Of a DNA stretch of 32,000 nucleotides, positions 1 to 8,533 are shown one piece after another. This DNA is from Erysipelotrichaceae bacterium MTC7 (GTDB taxonomy: Bacteria > Bacillota_I > Bacilli_A > Erysipelotrichales > Erysipelotrichaceae), in NCBI GenBank assembly GCA_001695645.1, contig LVZN01000010.1:1-32000 (forward strand). Reading direction: 5' to 3'. The notes below the pieces were generated by a model that worked only from the letters and a program-made list of their open reading frames with translations, searched no databases and was not told the DNA's origin. Position 1 is the stretch's first letter. Each line of letters opens with the position of its first letter. The position numbers were made by a program, and so were the translations under genes.

Positions 1-566
1 GTAACACCCAAATCAATACCAACTACAGAATCACTTTTCATATAGCTTGTAATTTCTTCTTCACAAAGAATAGAAACAAAGAATTTACCACTGGAAGTTA
101 TACAAATCGTAGCGTGTATGATTCGACCTTTGAGTTCTCGACTATTTGCAAACTTTACCAACCCTAACTTTGGTAATTTCAAGAAGTTATTTCTAATTTC
201 GATACTGTTGTTTACATTTTTAGTTGTATAACTTTGCACGGGATTCATTTTGCTTTTAAATTGTGGCCGTTCATTTTGTTTCTTAAAGAACCGAGAAAAC
301 GCATCAAAAAGATGTTTTAGAGAAGATTGAAGTGCAATGCTGTCAACTTCTTTAAGCCAAAGTGTCGCTGTATCTCTTTTCATTTGTGGCAGCAATGCAG
401 AACAAGTATGATAAGATAACCCTTTCCCAGTTGTTTCATATTCGTTGTTGCACAAATTCAAAAAGTAATTATAGACAAACCTTGAACAACCAATCGTTTT
501 GGCAATTACGATCTTTTGTTTGTGATTAGGATAGATTCTAAATTTATAGGCTTTATGCCGTAGCAC
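1..566 (-). CDS. tnpB: IS200/IS605-family TnpB (OrfB) RNA-guided-nuclease-like protein; first ~188 codons only, gene continues beyond the left edge
   Basis: Absent from the ORF track because it is open at the window edge. My reverse-strand translation from GTG 566..564 (GAGGTG Shine-Dalgarno 7 nt upstream) reads VLRHKAYKFRIYPNHKQKIVIAKTIGCSRFVYNYFL...LKLPKLGLVKFANSRELKGRI...SDSVVGIDLGV with no stop. The AYKFRIYPN opening and the GIDLG (RuvC-I Asp) motif are TnpB hallmarks. It lies 12 nt downstream of tnpA on the same strand. Confidence 0.85.
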   Translation of the reverse strand, partial: MLRHKAYKFRIYPNHKQKIVIAKTIGCSRFVYNYFLNLCNNEYETTGKGLSYHTCSALLPQMKRDTATLWLKEVDSIALQSSLKHLFDAFSRFFKKQNERPQFKSKMNPVQSYTTKNVNNSIEIRNNFLKLPKLGLVKFANSRELKGRIIHATICITSSGKFFVSILCEEEITSYMKSDSVVGIDLGV

Positions 567-577
567 TCACATTCACC

Positions 578-979
578 TCATTTCTTTTTCTGGCTTTGTA
601 TATATGCGCGAATTTGCTTTTCTGTGTTGTTGCTAACAGTGGCTACAAAATAACTTGGATTCCAAAGATGACCACCCCACAGTTGTTGTTTTAGTTCTGG
701 ATGCTTTTTAAACAAAAGTCTAGCAGATACACCTTTGAATGCTTTAACAATACTAGGAATGTAGTGTTGTGGATTACATTCAATATGTAAATGGATATGA
801 TCTTTGCGTGATTCCATTTCTATGATGTTTATATGATTATCATCTGCGATTTGTTTTAATAACGCTTTGACATCCATGTCTACATCACCATACAAAACAT
901 CATGTCGGTATTTTACACACCAGACAAGATGATACTGAATAGAGTAGACATAGCCACGTCCGTAATGGATTTCTGACAT
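578..979 (-). CDS. tnpA: IS200/IS605-family Y1 (HUH) transposase TnpA
   Basis: 133-aa ORF. HUH motif in KDHIHLHIEC, C-terminal catalytic-Tyr helix EKQIRAYIQSQ, YHLVWCVKYR opening and size all typical of IS200-type TnpA. Confidence 0.95.
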   Translation of the reverse strand: MSEIHYGRGYVYSIQYHLVWCVKYRHDVLYGDVDMDVKALLKQIADDNHINIIEMESRKDHIHLHIECNPQHYIPSIVKAFKGVSARLLFKKHPELKQQLWGGHLWNPSYFVATVSNNTEKQIRAYIQSQKKK

Positions 980-1100
980 GTTAAATACCTCTTAATAATT
1001 ATAACATGCGTATTTGATACTTTCGATTGTTTAAGTACCTTTTTTAATATATATAATTAACATATGTTGCTTAATCAAGTCAGCAAATCATACATGAACG

Positions 1101-1145
1101 AAGCCGATTCATCTACACGACTAAAGTCGAAAGTGTTCTCGGCTT
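1101..1145. repeat. Nested inverted repeat, candidate subterminal left-end hairpin of the IS
   Basis: AAGCCGA (1101..1107) pairs with TCGGCTT (1139..1145). This encloses a second small stem, CGAC (1118..1121) with GTCG (1126..1129). IS200/IS605 ends are defined by subterminal hairpins rather than terminal inverted repeats. Confidence 0.45.
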
Positions 1146-1233
1146 ATACATAAATATTTGTGCATGGTTATGGAAAATACCAAACTATGTAAAAAAATGG
1201 TAGAATACGAATAAGAAAATACAGAGGTACATC

Positions 1234-2019
1234 ATGAAACATGCAATCCAATTTGGCAATACAAAACACAGTGATAAAGAACTTATTGAACATGAAGTTA
1301 AAGCGGAAGTTCGTTTAAATAAATACCTTAGTAGTACGGGGTATTGCTCGCGTAGAGAAGCAGATAAACTGATTGAACAAGGACTTGTACAAATTGATGG
1401 CGAAGTGGCAAAAATGGGTAATAAGGTGTGTGAACATCAAGTGGTTCGTGTCAACGGAGAAATCATCCAAAATACAACAAAACGCGTATACATTGTCTTA
1501 AACAAACCGAAGGGCATTACTTGCACAACTGATAAAAAAGATGCAACGAATATTGTTGACTACATGAATTATGAAGTACCTATTTTTCCAATTGGACGTC
1601 TTGATAAGGACACCACGGGTTTGATTTTATTGACAAACGATGGAGATATCGTAAACAAAGTGTTACGATCGGAGAACGCGCACGAAAAAGAATATATTGT
1701 GAGGGTGAATCGAAAAATCAAAAAATCATTTTTGGACCAAATGGCAGAAGGCGTGAAAATTTATAATGCGGTAACAAATGCCTACCAACTAACAAAGCCG
1801 GCAAAAGTAAAGCAAGTGGATACACACACGTTTAACTTAATCATCAGTGAAGGGATGAATCGCCAAATTCGTCGTATGTGTACAGCACTTGATTATCATG
1901 TTGATGCCTTACAACGGGTGCGAGTGATGAATATCAAACTTGGCCAGTTACCAGAAGGTTCTTGGCGATATGTAAGTGAAAATGAATTGCGTGTTTTAAA
2001 TCAACAATTACAAAAGTAA
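1234..2019 (+). CDS. rluF: 23S rRNA pseudouridine synthase, RluF/RsuA family (S4 domain plus catalytic domain)
   Basis: LNKYLSSTGYCSRREADKLIEQG (S4 domain), catalytic FPIGRLDKDTTGLILLTNDGD, and EGMNRQIRRM. The protein is collinear with E. coli RluF as I remember it. AGAGG SD lies 6 nt upstream of the ATG. Confidence 0.9.
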   Translation: MKHAIQFGNTKHSDKELIEHEVKAEVRLNKYLSSTGYCSRREADKLIEQGLVQIDGEVAKMGNKVCEHQVVRVNGEIIQNTTKRVYIVLNKPKGITCTTDKKDATNIVDYMNYEVPIFPIGRLDKDTTGLILLTNDGDIVNKVLRSENAHEKEYIVRVNRKIKKSFLDQMAEGVKIYNAVTNAYQLTKPAKVKQVDTHTFNLIISEGMNRQIRRMCTALDYHVDALQRVRVMNIKLGQLPEGSWRYVSENELRVLNQQLQK

Positions 2020-2028
2020 AGGAGCACT

Positions 2029-2226
2029 ATGGAACATTCAACCAAACAACTCGTAGAAGCAAAAAAACAACTATCTTCTTTACATCACAAGACAAGTGAA
2101 GTAGTCAAGACACTTGAAGCAAAACAAGAAGTCAATCGCTACAAGTCACAGATTACACTTGCCAAGCGCCGCGTCGAGGCTTTTGAAGTTGCATTAGAAT
2201 TAATTGAAAAAGAACTAAACAAGTAA
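2029..2226 (+). CDS. Small (65 aa) coiled-coil protein of unknown function
   Basis: AAGGAG SD just upstream and 9 nt after the rluF stop. Heptad-like charged sequence. No family recognised. Confidence 0.6.
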   Translation: MEHSTKQLVEAKKQLSSLHHKTSEVVKTLEAKQEVNRYKSQITLAKRRVEAFEVALELIEKELNK

Positions 2227-2310
2227 TACATGCGTTGTACTTTGTTACAATCGTGTCATCTTGTTTTTTCTTTCATTTATGGAACTTAGATGAACTTCCA
2301 GTCTTTTTCG

Positions 2311-2339
2311 TTGCTTAAATGCAGAAAATCTACTATATT
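2311..2339 (+). promoter_or_regulatory. Sigma-A-like promoter for murB operon
   Basis: TTGCTT (2311..2316), 17-nt spacer, TATATT (2334..2339). Confidence 0.45.
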
Positions 2340-2366
2340 AAAATAGCACGATTAAGAAAGAGAAAA

Positions 2367-3272
2367 ATGATGAGTACAAAAAACTTTAAAGACTATCTTG
2401 ATAAGAATCAAATTGATTATCAACAACAAGTATCATTAAAAGAATATACAACCTTAAACATTGGTGGAAAGGCTGCTTTTTTTTGTGCCCCAAAGAGTGT
2501 CGAAGAAGTTGAAATGCTTATCACACAAGCCAAAGCGAATAACATTCCATATTTTATTTTAGGAAATGGTAGTAATGTGCTAGTTTCTGATAACGGCTAT
2601 GCAGGTGTGATTATTTATTTAAAGAAACACATGCACCAAGTACGTGTGAAAGATGATGTCATTTACGCACAAGCAGGAGCCATGCTATGGGATGTTTGTG
2701 AAGTTGCACATAAACACGCACTGACAGGATTGGAATTTGCATATGGAATTCCTGCAAGCATTGGTGGGGCAACATTTATGAATGCAGGTGCTTATGGTGG
2801 AGAATTAAAAGATGTGCTAACAAGCTGTACAACCGTTGATGAAAAAGGTGATATGCATACCTACAGCAATGAAGATATGCAGTTTTCGTATCGCCACTCA
2901 CGGTTGAGTCATGCAAATGAAATTGTTGTGGAGATCAGCATGCAACTGGCACCAGGAGAATCGACAGTGATTCGCCAGCGGATGGATGAACTTTGGCAGC
3001 GCCGTCAAAGTAAACAGCCCTTAGATAAACCGAGTGCGGGAAGTACGTTCAAGCGACCTGTCGGTGGATATGCTAGTGCCTTGATTGATCAAGCAGGGCT
3101 CAAGGGCTTTGTGTTAGACAATGCCATGGTATCTGATAAACACGCTGGGTTTGTAGTGAATCATGCAGGGGCAACGTTTGAACAGTTTATTGCCTTAATT
3201 GAACATGTGAAAAAAACTGTCGAAAAAGAAAGTGGTATCTTACTTGAAGAGGAAGTAAGAATCTTAAAATAA
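2367..3272 (+). CDS. murB: UDP-N-acetylenolpyruvoylglucosamine reductase
   Basis: FAD-binding region NIGGKAAFF...ILGNGSNVLVSD, plus C-terminal SAGSTFKRP and GFVVNHAGAT motifs typical of type II MurB. I moved the start from the track's 2319 to ATG 2367 (MMSTKNF), downstream of the predicted promoter. Confidence 0.9.
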   Translation: MMSTKNFKDYLDKNQIDYQQQVSLKEYTTLNIGGKAAFFCAPKSVEEVEMLITQAKANNIPYFILGNGSNVLVSDNGYAGVIIYLKKHMHQVRVKDDVIYAQAGAMLWDVCEVAHKHALTGLEFAYGIPASIGGATFMNAGAYGGELKDVLTSCTTVDEKGDMHTYSNEDMQFSYRHSRLSHANEIVVEISMQLAPGESTVIRQRMDELWQRRQSKQPLDKPSAGSTFKRPVGGYASALIDQAGLKGFVLDNAMVSDKHAGFVVNHAGATFEQFIALIEHVKKTVEKESGILLEEEVRILK

Positions 3273-3282
3273 TGGAGGTTTC

Positions 3283-4107
3283 ATGAACGCAAAAGAAATG
3301 GATAATACATTACTAAAAACCTATCGTAAGGGTATTTTTGCGAAATTCATGAAAGCCATTCGAGAATACGAGTTGATTCAAGAAGGTGATGTCATTGGTA
3401 TTTGCATCTCTGGCGGTAAGGATAGTATGGTGATGGCAAAATGCTTTGCCTTACTTGCACGCTTTAGTAAAGTGACCTTTCGCGTCGAATACATTGTGAT
3501 GGATCCAGGGTATTCACCAGTCAATCGTCAACGCATTGTAGATAATGCGAAACAATTGGACATTCCCATTCGTATATTTGATTCCAATATCTTTGCATCG
3601 GTTGAACACATTGAAAAGAATCCATGTTACTTATGTGCAAGAATGCGCCGAGGGTATTTGTATCGTTATGCAAAAGATCTTGGTTGTAATAAAATTGCGC
3701 TTGGACATCATTATGACGATGTGATTGAAACCAATTTGATGAATCTTTTCTATGCGGGAGAAGTTCGCACGATGATGCCAAAACTGCATGCAACAAACTT
3801 TGAAGATATGCAGTTGATTCGTCCCTTATACTTGGTGCGGGAAGCCGATATTTTGCTGTGGAAAGATTACATTGGCATGGAGTTTTTACAATGTGCCTGC
3901 CGTTTTACAGAAGATATAGAAAAAGCGGATCATGAACACAGCAGCAAGCGAAAAGAAGTGAAAGCATTAATCCAACAGTTGAATCAAAGTAATCCATTCA
4001 TAGAAAGTAATATCTTTCATAGTATGAGCAATGTGAATTTAGATAAGGTGTTGGCTTATTACGATGATGAACACGAAGTGTCATTTCTTGATACATATGA
4101 TAAATAA
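3283..4107 (+). CDS. ttcA: PP-loop ATPase, TtcA-family tRNA 2-thiocytidine synthetase-like
   Basis: PP-loop ICISGGKDSMV, Cys motif NPCYLCARMRRG, and GHHYDDVIETNLMNLFYAGEVRTMMPKL, which matches the TtcA signature block. Confidence 0.75.
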   Translation: MNAKEMDNTLLKTYRKGIFAKFMKAIREYELIQEGDVIGICISGGKDSMVMAKCFALLARFSKVTFRVEYIVMDPGYSPVNRQRIVDNAKQLDIPIRIFDSNIFASVEHIEKNPCYLCARMRRGYLYRYAKDLGCNKIALGHHYDDVIETNLMNLFYAGEVRTMMPKLHATNFEDMQLIRPLYLVREADILLWKDYIGMEFLQCACRFTEDIEKADHEHSSKRKEVKALIQQLNQSNPFIESNIFHSMSNVNLDKVLAYYDDEHEVSFLDTYDK

Positions 4108-4108
4108 T

Positions 4109-4137
4109 ACTGGTACGTAGATGTATCAGTTTTTTTT
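4109..4137 (+). terminator. Rho-independent terminator after ttcA-like gene
   Basis: Stem CTGGTAC (4110..4116) pairs with GTATCAG (4123..4129) with one G-U pair, 6-nt loop, then T8 run at 4130..4137. Confidence 0.75.
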
Positions 4138-4163
4138 ATGTTTAAAAAAATAACATTGTAATA

Positions 4164-4193
4164 TTGACAATAGTGTGTGATACACAGTATAGT
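4164..4193 (+). promoter_or_regulatory. Promoter of padR operon with embedded 21-bp imperfect palindrome (candidate PadR operator)
   Basis: TTGACA (4164..4169), 18-nt spacer, TATAGT (4188..4193). The spacer holds ATAgTGTGTgAtACACAgTAT (4170..4190), in which 8 of 10 positions pair. Confidence 0.55.
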
Positions 4194-4212
4194 GTAATTG
4201 TGAGGTGAGAAC

Positions 4213-4557
4213 ATGAGTACAAAAGATTTACTTACGAGTTACATTACCGAATTGCGCAGAGGAAGTTTAATCATGGCGGTGCTTGGTTGTTTGCATCAAC
4301 CGCAATACGGATATGAGTTATTGCAAACGTTGAAGCAAAAAGGAATTGAAATCGAAGCCAACACGCTTTATCCATTGCTTCGTCGCTTAGATAAACAAGG
4401 TGTGTTACATAACGAATGGGATACAAGCGAAAGTCGGCCACGAAAATATTACAAAATTAGTGCTGAAGGTGAACGCTTGTTTCAAGAATTGGTTGCAGAG
4501 TGGAGTGTCATGCAACAAAGTATGGAGGGAATTATACATGAACAAACAAAAGCATAA
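4213..4557 (+). CDS. PadR-family transcriptional regulator
   Basis: Winged-helix signature YGYELLQTL...NTLYPLLRRLDKQGVL...RKYYKISAEGERL. Confidence 0.9.
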   Translation: MSTKDLLTSYITELRRGSLIMAVLGCLHQPQYGYELLQTLKQKGIEIEANTLYPLLRRLDKQGVLHNEWDTSESRPRKYYKISAEGERLFQELVAEWSVMQQSMEGIIHEQTKA

Positions 4558-5578
4558 TCAAATAGAACGTTATGTGTATGATGTCGTAAGACGTCTACCA
4601 GAAAAAGAACGTGATGATGTAAGACAAGAGCTGGAAGCAAACATCTACGACATGTTAGGTGATGATACAAGTTTTGCACATATAGAAGAAGTATTATACA
4701 GCATGGGAAAACCAGCAAAACTTGCAGAAGAATATCGAAGTACACCAAAGTATTTGATCTCACCAGCAATCTATGAGGATTACATTCGTGTACTAAAAAT
4801 TGTATTGCCAATTGTGGCGATTGTGATGGCAATGATTGGAATCGTTCAAGGCTTGTTGCAAGGACAAAACCTGTTGGATGCATCATTTGTTTTCAAACAT
4901 GTGATTGGTCATGCAGTTGGTTTAAGTGTTTCTGCAACCTTGCAAGTTCTTGTGTGGACAACCTTAGGTTTTGTGATTTATGAAAGAATGAGTGGGAAAA
5001 AGGAAGAACTTGCTTGGAGCATTGATAACTTGCCAGAAGTTCCTGCAGAAAAAGCAAAATCCATTCCTTTAGCAGATGTCATTGCAGAATTGATTGTTGG
5101 TGTTGTCTTTATTGTTGGTGTTGTACTGATTTTTGGTGATTTTCTACCATTCAAGGTTGCTATTTACGAAAATGGTTCACTTCAAGCAGAGATATTTGCA
5201 AAACCATTTGTCTTAGTGCTTATACCAACTTTGATCCTTATGATGGCTTTTTCTATGGTGGAATCGCTATGTAAGTTGGTGTATCGTCATTGGAATATCA
5301 AAGTTTGCATCGTCAGCATAATCAGTCATCTTGTTGGCTTTGTGGGTTGCTTGTATCTTGTCAATCAACCTAAGATATTTAGCAATGCGTTCATTGCTTA
5401 TGTGACAGAAAACGACATTGATCTAGGTGCATTTGTAAAAGTCGGAAATCATGGGTTTGAAAACTCGGTAATTTACGTATTGATTGTACTTGCTATTGTT
5501 GGTGCACTTATTGGTATTACAACAGCGATTGTGAGAACCGTCCTTTATTATCAAAGAAAAAATAAGCTAATTGCATAA
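4538..5578 (+). CDS. PadR-associated polytopic membrane protein (DUF1700/HAAS-like N-terminal helix plus about 6 TM segments)
   Basis: Start moved from the track's 4400 to ATG 4538 (MNKQKHNQIERYVYDVVRRLPEKERDDVRQELEANIYDML), overlapping padR by 20 nt. The N-terminal pattern resembles the DUF1700 proteins that commonly follow PadR genes. Several long hydrophobic segments follow. Confidence 0.7.
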   Translation: MNKQKHNQIERYVYDVVRRLPEKERDDVRQELEANIYDMLGDDTSFAHIEEVLYSMGKPAKLAEEYRSTPKYLISPAIYEDYIRVLKIVLPIVAIVMAMIGIVQGLLQGQNLLDASFVFKHVIGHAVGLSVSATLQVLVWTTLGFVIYERMSGKKEELAWSIDNLPEVPAEKAKSIPLADVIAELIVGVVFIVGVVLIFGDFLPFKVAIYENGSLQAEIFAKPFVLVLIPTLILMMAFSMVESLCKLVYRHWNIKVCIVSIISHLVGFVGCLYLVNQPKIFSNAFIAYVTENDIDLGAFVKVGNHGFENSVIYVLIVLAIVGALIGITTAIVRTVLYYQRKNKLIA

Positions 5579-5665
5579 ACTTTTTGCCTGTTGGTTGTTT
5601 TTAGATGGTGAATATATTATAGTTGTCTTGCAAGGATGCAATAATTATAGTGGAGGATAAGTAAA

Positions 5666-6382
5666 ATGAAGATTATCGTATGTAAAGATAGCAATGAGGT
5701 TGCTAAAAAAGCTTATGAAGTAATGAAAGATGTTGTCGTTAATAAGCCAAACGCTGTACTTGGATTAGCGACTGGTTCAAGTCCAATTGGGCTTTACCAT
5801 GAAATGATTGAAGACTACAAAGCGGGGAATGTTTCTTACAAAAATGTAAGTTCATTCAACTTGGATGAGTATGTTGGAATTGCAAAAGATCACCCAGAAA
5901 GTTACGAAACTTTTATGCACAAGCAATTGTTTGACCACATTGACATTAACCCAGCAAATACACACTTGCCTTATGGAGATAGTCAGGCAGATTGTGATGC
6001 TTATGAAAAAGCGATGTCAGATGTAGCGGTGGACATTCAAGTCTTAGGTATTGGACGTAATGGACACATTGGATTTAACGAACCAGGAACTTCATTCGAT
6101 TCGTTAACACACATTGTTGATTTACAAGAAAAAACAATTGAAGATAATGCACGTTTCTTTGATGGAAACATGGACCTAGTTCCAAAAAAAGCAATCACAA
6201 TGGGTATTGCAACTATCATGAAAGCGAAAAAAATCTTACTTGTTGCAACAGGTGAAGGTAAGGCAGAGGCAGTTGCAGCGATGAAAAATGGTCCAATCAC
6301 AGAAGATATGCCAGCATCAATTTTACAAAAACATGATGACTGTGTCGTATTTGTTGACGAAGCAGCAGCAAGCAAATTATAG
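5666..6382 (+). CDS. nagB: Glucosamine-6-phosphate deaminase
   Basis: GLATGSSPIGLY, FNLDEYVG and GIGRNGHIGFNEPG motifs; 238 aa, the short Gram-positive NagB type. Confidence 0.92.
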   Translation: MKIIVCKDSNEVAKKAYEVMKDVVVNKPNAVLGLATGSSPIGLYHEMIEDYKAGNVSYKNVSSFNLDEYVGIAKDHPESYETFMHKQLFDHIDINPANTHLPYGDSQADCDAYEKAMSDVAVDIQVLGIGRNGHIGFNEPGTSFDSLTHIVDLQEKTIEDNARFFDGNMDLVPKKAITMGIATIMKAKKILLVATGEGKAEAVAAMKNGPITEDMPASILQKHDDCVVFVDEAAASKL

Positions 6383-6391
6383 GAAATACTT

Positions 6392-6419
6392 AAGGAAGTT
6401 ATAAAATACTTCCTTTTTC
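6392..6419 (+). terminator. Rho-independent terminator after nagB
   Basis: AAGGAAGT (6392..6399) pairs with ACTTCCTT (6408..6415), 8-nt loop, followed by a T-run. Confidence 0.75.
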
Positions 6420-6477
6420 TATAAGTTTTCGTGGCATTAAATTCGCATGATACAACGAGAGGTGGTATAATACGCAT

Positions 6478-7314
6478 ATGGTAAAAGCAGTAGTTATGGA
6501 TTTGGATGGTACCCTTTTAACTTCCGATAAGTTGGTCTCACAACCAACAAAAGATAAGTTAGATTGGCTTGCAAAAGAAAGGGGTGTGACCCTTGTGCTT
6601 GCAAGTGGACGTACAAAAAATAGAATGCAAGATGCAGCAGATGCAATAAAACTTGAAGCAAGAAATGGAATGCTCATTGAATCCAATGGGGTTGCACTTT
6701 ATAACTTTCAAGATGGAAGTCGTGAAGTTATTCGAAAAATGCATGACGATGAAGTTGCTGAAGTTGTTGAAGTACTGCAAAAATACCAATGTGAAATTCT
6801 AATTATGGGTGATGAAGATGTCTTTATTATGCTACCAAAAGGTGTAAAAGAATCATATTACATTAGCCAAAATAGCAATATGGAAGGTATGCGGAACCGT
6901 CAGTTTTACTTCATTGATGCACTGGATCAACTTACACAAAAAGTAAATAAGATATGTGTTTATAATCGCAGTGATAAAATTGAAGAATTATTGAATATGC
7001 TTAAACAAGAAGATTTAAAACATGCATATTGGATGGGACGTGCCTTGCCAGAGTGGTTAGAGATTATGCCAGAAGGTGTAAGTAAAGGACATGCACTTAA
7101 AAAGTTGATGGACATCAACAATTGGAATGAGGATGAGGTTGTTGTATTTGGTGATGGTGAAAACGATTTATCCATGCTTGAAGTAGTTACCTACTCCGTA
7201 GCGATGGATAATGCGATGGACACCGTAAAAGAAACAGCAAACTTTACAACAGCTAGTAATGATAGAGATGGAATCGTGAAATTTTTCAATGATAAGGAGG
7301 AGGAATTATTATGA
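6478..7314 (+). CDS. Cof-type HAD-IIB family phosphatase
   Basis: Motif I VVMDLDGTLL, motif II LASGR, motif IV FGDGENDLSML. Confidence 0.85.
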   Translation: MVKAVVMDLDGTLLTSDKLVSQPTKDKLDWLAKERGVTLVLASGRTKNRMQDAADAIKLEARNGMLIESNGVALYNFQDGSREVIRKMHDDEVAEVVEVLQKYQCEILIMGDEDVFIMLPKGVKESYYISQNSNMEGMRNRQFYFIDALDQLTQKVNKICVYNRSDKIEELLNMLKQEDLKHAYWMGRALPEWLEIMPEGVSKGHALKKLMDINNWNEDEVVVFGDGENDLSMLEVVTYSVAMDNAMDTVKETANFTTASNDRDGIVKFFNDKEEELL

Positions 7315-7619
7315 AAATTGTAACAGGTAGTGATTTTGAAAAAGCAATTGAACAAGGATTGGTCTTAGTTGACTTCTACGCAGACTGGTGTGGACCTTGT
7401 AAGATGCAAGCACCAGTACTTGAAGAAGTACAAAACGAACTTGGTGATGCTGTAAGTATTATCAAACTAAATGTTGATAATGATCCAGCGATCGCACAAA
7501 AATATAACGTAATGTCAATTCCGACATTGGTGTTATTTAAAAATGGTGCAGAATTTGCAACCACAGTTGGTTTCCAAGCAAAACCACAATTAATTGAATT
7601 TATTAATAAAGGAAAATAA
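7311..7619 (+). CDS. trxA: Thioredoxin
   Basis: WCGPCK active site; 102 aa; ATGA overlap with the upstream HAD gene. Confidence 0.93.
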   Translation: MKIVTGSDFEKAIEQGLVLVDFYADWCGPCKMQAPVLEEVQNELGDAVSIIKLNVDNDPAIAQKYNVMSIPTLVLFKNGAEFATTVGFQAKPQLIEFINKGK

Positions 7620-7621
7620 TA

Positions 7622-8467
7622 ATGAAAGTTTTGAAAAGGATAGGTAAAATACTTATCGTTTTCTTGCTTCTTGTAGCTTGTCTATATGGATTTTATAAAG
7701 TTAGGGTTTCCACGAGTGGAAACCTTAACGTTTTAATTATTGGTATTGATGCACGAGAAGGAGAAAGCGTATCTCGTAGTGATTCGCTCATGTTAGCACA
7801 TGTGAATAAAAATCATAAAATCGTGGATTTGATTTCTATTCCACGGGATTCGTATGTGTACATTCCTGCCGTTGATCGTGAAGAAAAGATTACGCACGCT
7901 CATGCATATGCGGGAATTGAAGGAACGATTGAAACGGTAGAAAACCTATTCGATATTCAAATTGACAAATATGTGGAAGTTGATTTCACCAAAATGATTG
8001 CGCTTGTTGATACGTTGGATGGTATTGATGTAACACCAACAGCAACATTCTGCGAACAGGATGAAAACGATCAAGCGGATAGCTATTGTTTTACAGAGGG
8101 TGAAAAAGAACACATGGATGGTAAAAATGCTTTAGCTTATGCACGACACCGTAAAAGTGATAGTGATTTTGCCAGAGCAAAGCGTCAACAAGAAGTCATC
8201 AAAGCTATGGTAAGTAAAGTAAAATCAGAAAGTGTTGTAACAATGTTTAATTTCTATCAAGATGTCACTAAGATTTCTGATACAGATTTTGGCGTTTGGG
8301 ATATTTTCGGATATGCAGATATGGCATTTCATGATTTTGAGTTACGACAAAGTGTTGGTGAAGGTGAAGGTGGTATGTTTTATGATGCATACTACGGTCA
8401 AAACTTATGGCAATACTATCTAAATGATGCGTGGCTTGAAAATACAAAAATATTGTTGCAGGAATAG
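7622..8467 (+). CDS. LytR-CpsA-Psr (LCP) family cell-wall glycopolymer ligase
   Basis: N-terminal TM segment, then NVLIIGIDAREG...RSDSLMLAHVN...ISIPRDSYV and YARHRKSDSDFARAKRQQEV, all characteristic LCP blocks. Confidence 0.88.
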   Translation: MKVLKRIGKILIVFLLLVACLYGFYKVRVSTSGNLNVLIIGIDAREGESVSRSDSLMLAHVNKNHKIVDLISIPRDSYVYIPAVDREEKITHAHAYAGIEGTIETVENLFDIQIDKYVEVDFTKMIALVDTLDGIDVTPTATFCEQDENDQADSYCFTEGEKEHMDGKNALAYARHRKSDSDFARAKRQQEVIKAMVSKVKSESVVTMFNFYQDVTKISDTDFGVWDIFGYADMAFHDFELRQSVGEGEGGMFYDAYYGQNLWQYYLNDAWLENTKILLQE

Positions 8468-8485
8468 ATGCCTGCAACTTTTTTG
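8455..8485 (+). terminator. Rho-independent terminator after LCP gene
   Basis: GTTGCAGG (8455..8462) pairs with CCTGCAAC (8471..8478), then T6. The stem overlaps the stop codon. Confidence 0.75.
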
Positions 8486-8510
8486 ATGTTTGCTCATTTT
8501 GCTGTATAAT
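8483..8510 (+). promoter_or_regulatory. Sigma-A-like promoter for Tim44-like/SPFH pair
   Basis: TTGATG (8483..8488), 16-nt spacer, TATAAT (8505..8510). Confidence 0.45.
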
Positions 8511-8533
8511 GAATATATTAGAGGACATTATGT

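Larger units (their letters stand above)
1..1150 (-). mobile_element. IS200/IS605-family insertion sequence (tnpA then tnpB, co-oriented), left-end half; the 3' part of tnpB and the right end lie off-window
   Basis: tnpA and tnpB adjacency, plus a nested hairpin at 1101..1145 upstream of tnpA. The boundary near 1150 is an estimate placed just outside that hairpin, not a mapped terminus. Confidence 0.7.

Noticed and set aside
4400-4537. 5' extension of the membrane-protein ORF back into padR (track start 4400)
   Set aside because: It would overlap padR out of frame for about 150 nt and has no SD. ATG 4538 gives the family-typical N-terminus.
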